A DNA stretch of 37,093 nucleotides, from positions 1-37,093 of the forward strand of contig CAZEKY010000003.1 in assembly GCA_964512875.1 (NCBI GenBank). The letters run 5' to 3'. The position numbers were made by a program, and so were the translations under genes. Within the stretch, counting starts at the first letter, position 1. Every line of letters begins with the position of its first letter. This DNA is from an uncultured Gammaproteobacteria bacterium (lineage in GTDB: Bacteria > Patescibacteriota > Microgenomatia > UBA12405). Below the pieces are notes generated by a model. It was given only the letters and a program-made list of their open reading frames with translations. It searched no databases and was not told the DNA's origin. Of the stretch, positions 32,850 to 37,093 are shown piece after piece.

Positions 32850-33524
32850 TTAATTGGAAGCAGCCGGATTATTGACGGTCACAATCTGAAAAACATCAAA
32901 AGTATTTGAGATTTTTATATTTGGTTGAATTACTGCGGTAACTTTTTGTCCTTTTTTAAGTTTACTGAGGGTTAAAGAATCTCCATCTTTGTTGGTAATT
33001 TTTGTCTTAGAACTAATTTTTATTTGATATTGTGTATTTTTATTCTTAATTGGAACCAGAACTAAAACATCAGAACTTTGTGAAATATCAGTGATAGTGC
33101 CAAAAACAATTTCATTTTTATTTTTTATATCTTCAGAGTTGGTGATAATAATTCTTTTGGCTGCAAAATTGCTAAATTGATCATAATAACCCATGGCCAA
33201 AATTGTTTGACCTTCTTTTAAATCAGTGAATTTAGCTTTAAGTTTTTTTTCATTAATAATTACTGTCTCTGAATTTGTTTCTAACTCTTTATTTTCATTT
33301 TTAAAGCTGGAAATAATATTATTGTTGTCAATTTTCGTAATTGTCCCCACGACAGATTTGGGTATCGTTGGTGAAAGAGAAGAACTGGTGATACCTAGCA
33401 TGTCTTGAACTTTTTTTTCAGCCAACTCTCTGATTGCTTCAGTTTTAGCGTCTGGAGTTGGAGTGACGCTTTGAGCTATTAGTTGTGGAGGGAAGAGTAA
33501 AAATAAAAAAACAATTAAAAACAT
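32850..33524 (-). CDS. secreted hypothetical protein with two internal beta-rich repeats
   Basis: It has a signal peptide (MFLIVFLFLLFPPQLIAQS). A repeated pattern occurs: VVGTITKIDNNNII ... DLKEGQTILAMG, then VFGTITDISQSSDVLVLV ... LKKGQKVTAVI. Confidence 0.6.
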   Translation of the reverse strand: MFLIVFLFLLFPPQLIAQSVTPTPDAKTEAIRELAEKKVQDMLGITSSSLSPTIPKSVVGTITKIDNNNIISSFKNENKELETNSETVIINEKKLKAKFTDLKEGQTILAMGYYDQFSNFAAKRIIITNSEDIKNKNEIVFGTITDISQSSDVLVLVPIKNKNTQYQIKISSKTKITNKDGDSLTLSKLKKGQKVTAVIQPNIKISNTFDVFQIVTVNNPAASN

Positions 33525-33526
33525 AA

Positions 33527-33985
33527 TTAAATTTTTGCAGTTGAATAGGTAAGTGTCAACTCTGTTTCTTCTTGAACATCATTTATATCTGTACTGCTAA
33601 TTTTTAAAAGGTTAATACCGCTATCAAGTTCAATACTAATGTTAAAAACACCATTAGAATTGGCTTTGTCTTGAAAGACCTTAGAAGAAGGGGTAACGAT
33701 AATAACAAGACTTTCTGGTTTTGCATCACCTTTGATATTAATTTTTGAGGTTGATAATACTGAGTTATTTTCAGGAGAGGTAATCTTTATTGAAGTTTTT
33801 GTTTCAATTGTGGTTGGAGTGATGGAAGCACTGACTGATTCGTTATCTTTATTTTCAATAGTCTTTGTGATTGTTTCTTCTAGAGCAGGAGTTTTTTTGT
33901 TTTTACATAAGGCAACATAAGCGCCGGTTGAGCCTAGACCTAAGATTGCTCCGAGAATAATTGCCAGAATGTATTCCTTTATCAT
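33527..33985 (-). CDS. membrane-anchored hypothetical protein with Ig-like beta-sandwich pattern
   Basis: It has an N-terminal TM helix and a Thr/Ser linker. The pattern IKITSPENNSVLSTSKINIKGDAKPESLVIIV...NGVFNISIELDSGINLLKIS follows. It lies 2 nt upstream of the next gene. Confidence 0.6.
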   Translation of the reverse strand: MIKEYILAIILGAILGLGSTGAYVALCKNKKTPALEETITKTIENKDNESVSASITPTTIETKTSIKITSPENNSVLSTSKINIKGDAKPESLVIIVTPSSKVFQDKANSNGVFNISIELDSGINLLKISSTDINDVQEETELTLTYSTAKI

Positions 33986-34049
33986 TTTTTAAGTAACATA
34001 AATGATATCACAAATAGTCAGAATCGAAAGTTGATGATAGAATTTAAAC

Positions 34050-34631
34050 ATGGAAATAAAAGCACTAGAAAAACAATCAGTTTATTTAAAAGGAAAAAAA
34101 GAAGGCGTTTTGATAAATCCAAGCGAAGAGTATCGGAATAACTCAAAATATCCATCAAGAGTTTTTTTATTTACTGATGAAAAATATGATGGAATGGGGT
34201 TTGAAAATGAAAAAATTTTAATTAGAGCAGCAGGCGAGTATGAAGTTGGAGGAGTGGAGGTTAATGGTTTATCTTCAAGTGGAAATGGGACTTTATACAT
34301 TATTAATATAGATGGCGTAAAAATTATTTTTTTGGGAGATCTGGATGAGGCCTTATCTGACAAAAGAATTGAAAAAATTGAAGCAGCTGATGTTTTATTT
34401 GCTCCAGTTTTGATTAAAAATAGTCCTAGTGGAAAAATGATTTTAGAATGGGCTAAAAAATGGGGAGTAAATTATCTTATTCCAACTGGATATGATGATT
34501 GCGACAAATCAAATTTAGATGTCTTTTTAGATCAAGCTGACAGGGAAGGACTTGAAGCTGTTGAATCTTTAAAAATAGATAAAGATGATTTGCCTGATGG
34601 CATGGAACTTAAAGTTCTAAAAAAGGTATAA
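34050..34631 (+). CDS. MBL-fold (Lactamase_B_3-like) protein lacking the HxHxDH motif
   Basis: GEYEVGGVEV.., DGVKIIFLGDL, ADVLFAPV and NYLIPTGYD match the UPF0173/Lactamase_B_3 layout. The N-terminal metal-binding His cluster is absent. Confidence 0.45.
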   Translation: MEIKALEKQSVYLKGKKEGVLINPSEEYRNNSKYPSRVFLFTDEKYDGMGFENEKILIRAAGEYEVGGVEVNGLSSSGNGTLYIINIDGVKIIFLGDLDEALSDKRIEKIEAADVLFAPVLIKNSPSGKMILEWAKKWGVNYLIPTGYDDCDKSNLDVFLDQADREGLEAVESLKIDKDDLPDGMELKVLKKV

Positions 34632-34637
34632 TAGACC

Positions 34638-35948
34638 ATGTCTACAGACTTAATTAGATTACCACCGAATTCTGAAGAATCTGAAGTTTGTGTTTTAGGA
34701 TCGATTTTAATTGATAATGATGCGGTTTTGGCGGTTTCAGAATTTTTAAGACCAGAGCATTTTTACAACTCAAATTATGGAAAAATTTATGAAGCAATGA
34801 TTAAGCTTTATGAAGAAAGAATGCCAATTGATATTGTAACTGTTTCAGAAAAACTCAAAGAATTAAAAGTATTAAAAAATATTGGAGGAAAAGGATTTTT
34901 AACAAGATTAGCTAGTGAAGTTCCCACTTCGGCTAATGTTGAAAGTTATGGAAAAATAATTAAATCTTTATCAGCAAAAAGAGAACTGATTTCAGCTTCT
35001 GGCAGAATTACCGAGAAGGCTTTTGATCCAAGCTTACCGGCGGATCAGTTGTTGGATATGGCCGAACAAGAGATTTTTTCTTTATCTCAAAAACATTTAA
35101 AATCAATCCCAACTTCTTTAAAAGAGGTGTTAACGGCAAGTTTTGATAGGCTTGATGAGCTACAAAAAATGGGTACTGGTTTAAGGGGTGTGGCTAGTGG
35201 TTTTAAAGGTTTGGATAATATTTTAGCTGGAATGCAAGATAGTAATTTGCTAATTTTAGCGGCTAGACCTGGAGTTGGTAAAACTGCTTTTGGTTTAAAC
35301 ATTGCTCGTTATGTTGCTGTGGAAAAAAAATTACCAGCCTGTTATTTTTCTTTGGAAATGAGTAAAGAAGAGTTGGTTGATAGACTTTTGGTAAGGCAAG
35401 GACTTATTGATGCGTGGAAATTAAAAACAGGACAATTATCGGTAAATGATTTTGATGCTTTGTCTGAAGCAATGGGGGTGTTAGCAGAAGCTCCTCTTTA
35501 CATTGATGATACTCCTGGTTTGACTGTCACAGAACTAAGAACTAAGGCTAGAAGGCTACAAGTGGATAAAGGAATAAAATTTATAGTAGTTGATTATTTG
35601 CAGTTGATGCATGGAAGCACAAGAGATAATCGTGTTCAGGAAGTGTCTGAAATTTCTCAGGGTTTAAAAAATCTTGCCAGAGAATTAAAAGTCCCAGTTT
35701 TGGCTTTAGCTCAGTTATCAAGAGCGATGGAAGCAAGAGGGGGTAGACCGAAGTTGTCCGACTTAAGGGAATCAGGAAGTATCGAACAAGATGCCGACGT
35801 CGTCTTCTTTTTATATAGAGAAGATGAAGAGGTAAGAGAGATGGTGACTTGTAGTGTTGAAAAACATCGTAACGGGCCAACAGGTAGCTTTAACCTTTAT
35901 TTCAATGGTAAACAGGTTAGCTTTTTTGATGTGGAGAAAAAGCAGTAA
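34638..35948 (+). CDS. dnaB: replicative DNA helicase DnaB
   Basis: LPPNSEESEVCVLGSILIDNDA marks the N-terminal domain. Walker A is ARPGVGKTAFGLNIA, Walker B is IVVDYLQLM, and LAQLSR and ESGSIEQDADVV are also present. Confidence 0.92.
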   Translation: MSTDLIRLPPNSEESEVCVLGSILIDNDAVLAVSEFLRPEHFYNSNYGKIYEAMIKLYEERMPIDIVTVSEKLKELKVLKNIGGKGFLTRLASEVPTSANVESYGKIIKSLSAKRELISASGRITEKAFDPSLPADQLLDMAEQEIFSLSQKHLKSIPTSLKEVLTASFDRLDELQKMGTGLRGVASGFKGLDNILAGMQDSNLLILAARPGVGKTAFGLNIARYVAVEKKLPACYFSLEMSKEELVDRLLVRQGLIDAWKLKTGQLSVNDFDALSEAMGVLAEAPLYIDDTPGLTVTELRTKARRLQVDKGIKFIVVDYLQLMHGSTRDNRVQEVSEISQGLKNLARELKVPVLALAQLSRAMEARGGRPKLSDLRESGSIEQDADVVFFLYREDEEVREMVTCSVEKHRNGPTGSFNLYFNGKQVSFFDVEKKQ

Positions 35949-35956
35949 TTTCGGGT

Positions 35957-35962
35957 TATAAT
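35957..35962 (+). promoter_or_regulatory. -10 box (TATAAT) 12 nt upstream of tRNA-Leu
   Basis: The motif was read directly and starts 9 nt after the dnaB stop. Confidence 0.4.
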
Positions 35963-35974
35963 ATCTTACTTTTA

Positions 35975-36058
35975 GCCGAAGTGGCGGAACTGGCAGACGC
36001 GCACGACTCAAAATCGTGTGGTGGCAACATCATGGGGGTTCGATTCCCTCCTTCGGCA
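35975..36058 (+). tRNA. tRNA-Leu(CAA)
   Basis: The sequence is GCCGAAG-TG-GCG-GAACTGGCAGA-CGC-G-CACGA-CTCAAAA-TCGTG, then a long variable arm, then GGGGG-TTCGATT-CCCTC-CTTCGGC-A. No CCA is encoded. Confidence 0.9.
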
Positions 36059-36136
36059 CATTATAGTTAGCAAAAGATTAAGTTTTTGAAGTTGGAAGAT
36101 AAGAAAAAGATATTAATGATAAAATAAAATATCACT

Positions 36137-36796
36137 ATGGGGATAATAAGATTTTTTGCAATATTACTTTTTGCTTATTTAACATGGAGAGATCTTCGCG
36201 ATAACTACGAGGAAAATAGTGTGGTTTCTTACTGTTGGGTGGCACTTCTTTTTTTCTTTATTAGCGGAAGAATTACTTATGGTTTGGTAAATTACGGAAT
36301 TTGGAATGATAATTGGAGCAGCTGGTTTTCCATATGGCAAAAACCAGGAATTAGTTATGTAGGTGCTTTTGGAGGGTTACTTCTAGCCAATTTTATTTTC
36401 TCTAAAATAAAAAACTGGAAATTTGTACCCTTTTGCGAAGATAATTTGAAAAATGCTTTGCTTTTATTATTTTTTTTGCTTTTAGATGAGCTTGTTAGAA
36501 GTAATTTTGATTTAAAAGTCGGATCTTATTTGATTTTTTTGGTGCTTATTTTAATTTATATGAATATTGCAAAAGTAAAATATAGATCTTTAGTGTGGTA
36601 CAAAAGTGGCAAAAAGGGTTTTGCTTTTTTATCAACATTATTTTTATCTTTTTTGATACTTGGATTTATAGAAATTGCTTTTCATTCCAATATCTTTTTT
36701 TCAATTATTTATTGGATTATTAGTTTGATTTCTCTGGCAGGATTGTGTATCTTAGGTGAAGTTTTTAATTTTTTATCGATTAACAAAAGGAGATAA
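36137..36796 (+). CDS. polytopic membrane protein, distantly Lgt-like (prolipoprotein diacylglyceryl transferase family), divergent
   Basis: ISGRITYGLVNYGIW...FSIWQKPGISYVGAFGGLL resembles the Lgt pattern GaR..Y......iW.GG.S.hGg..G. The downstream GR.GNF region is only weakly matched (LVRSNF). Confidence 0.4.
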   Translation: MGIIRFFAILLFAYLTWRDLRDNYEENSVVSYCWVALLFFFISGRITYGLVNYGIWNDNWSSWFSIWQKPGISYVGAFGGLLLANFIFSKIKNWKFVPFCEDNLKNALLLLFFLLLDELVRSNFDLKVGSYLIFLVLILIYMNIAKVKYRSLVWYKSGKKGFAFLSTLFLSFLILGFIEIAFHSNIFFSIIYWIISLISLAGLCILGEVFNFLSINKRR

Positions 36797-36797
36797 T

Positions 36798-37093
36798 ATG
36801 ACAACAAATAAGAAGGAAAGCTTAAATTTACCACATAGATTGCTATCTCCTATAAAAATGTTTCTGGAAAAGGAGTTGGTTTCTTTAAAAAAAAGTAAAA
36901 AACAACTTAAAAAAGAAGATCCTTTTATGGATGAAAATCGAATTAATGAAAATTCTTTAGAAGAAGATGTTGATGAGCAAATTGGTCATTTTGAAAATGA
37001 AATAAAGGTAAAATTTCTTCAAAAACAAATTGTTCAATTTAGAACAGCTTTAACAAGAATAAAAATTGGAAAATTTGGTGTTTGTGAAAAATG
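36798..37093 (+). CDS. DksA/TraR-family zinc-finger protein (3' end beyond window)
   Basis: A Shine-Dalgarno AAGGAG is at 36787-36792. A coiled-coil region is followed by LTRIKIGKFGVCEK, the start of the C4 zinc finger, at the window edge. Confidence 0.6.
   Translation, partial: MTTNKKESLNLPHRLLSPIKMFLEKELVSLKKSKKQLKKEDPFMDENRINENSLEEDVDEQIGHFENEIKVKFLQKQIVQFRTALTRIKIGKFGVCEK

Overview
AT-rich, very gene-dense chromosomal segment with about 42 CDS, 5 tRNA genes and almost no non-coding DNA. All protein calls rest on motif recognition by eye in the supplied translations; no searches were run. Most genes are core housekeeping: fmt/def, mreB-PBP2, topA, rpsB-tsf-frr-rseP, rpsU-yqeY-ybeY, dnaX-ybaB-recR, cysS, rpsF-ssb-rpsR, prfA-rpmE-hisS and dnaB. 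The standard genetic code applies, since TGA ends mreB, cysS, dnaX and the 18601 gene. The stripped-down conserved clusters, extended or truncated core proteins, an O-antigen-ligase/TPR fusion and an LPXTG-type surface protein suggest a reduced-genome, monoderm-like bacterium, possibly Candidate Phyla Radiation/Patescibacteria. That placement is inference only. The most interesting region is a four-gene surface operon (16446-19901). It combines two cohesin-like modules, one membrane-anchored and one LPXTG-anchored, with two dockerin-like cargo proteins and no recognisable enzyme domains. Other notable points are an orphan VirD4/TraD-like ATPase with an unassigned 330-aa N-terminal half, an RF1 lacking all of domain 1, a YbeY-like protein missing two of three metal ligands, and an A9 tract in dnaX where both shifted frames stop almost at once. 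A window-wide pattern also stands out: -10 or extended -10 boxes lie 5-8 nt upstream of operon-first start codons, which implies leaderless mRNAs. No CRISPR array, transposase, integrase or prophage signature was seen.
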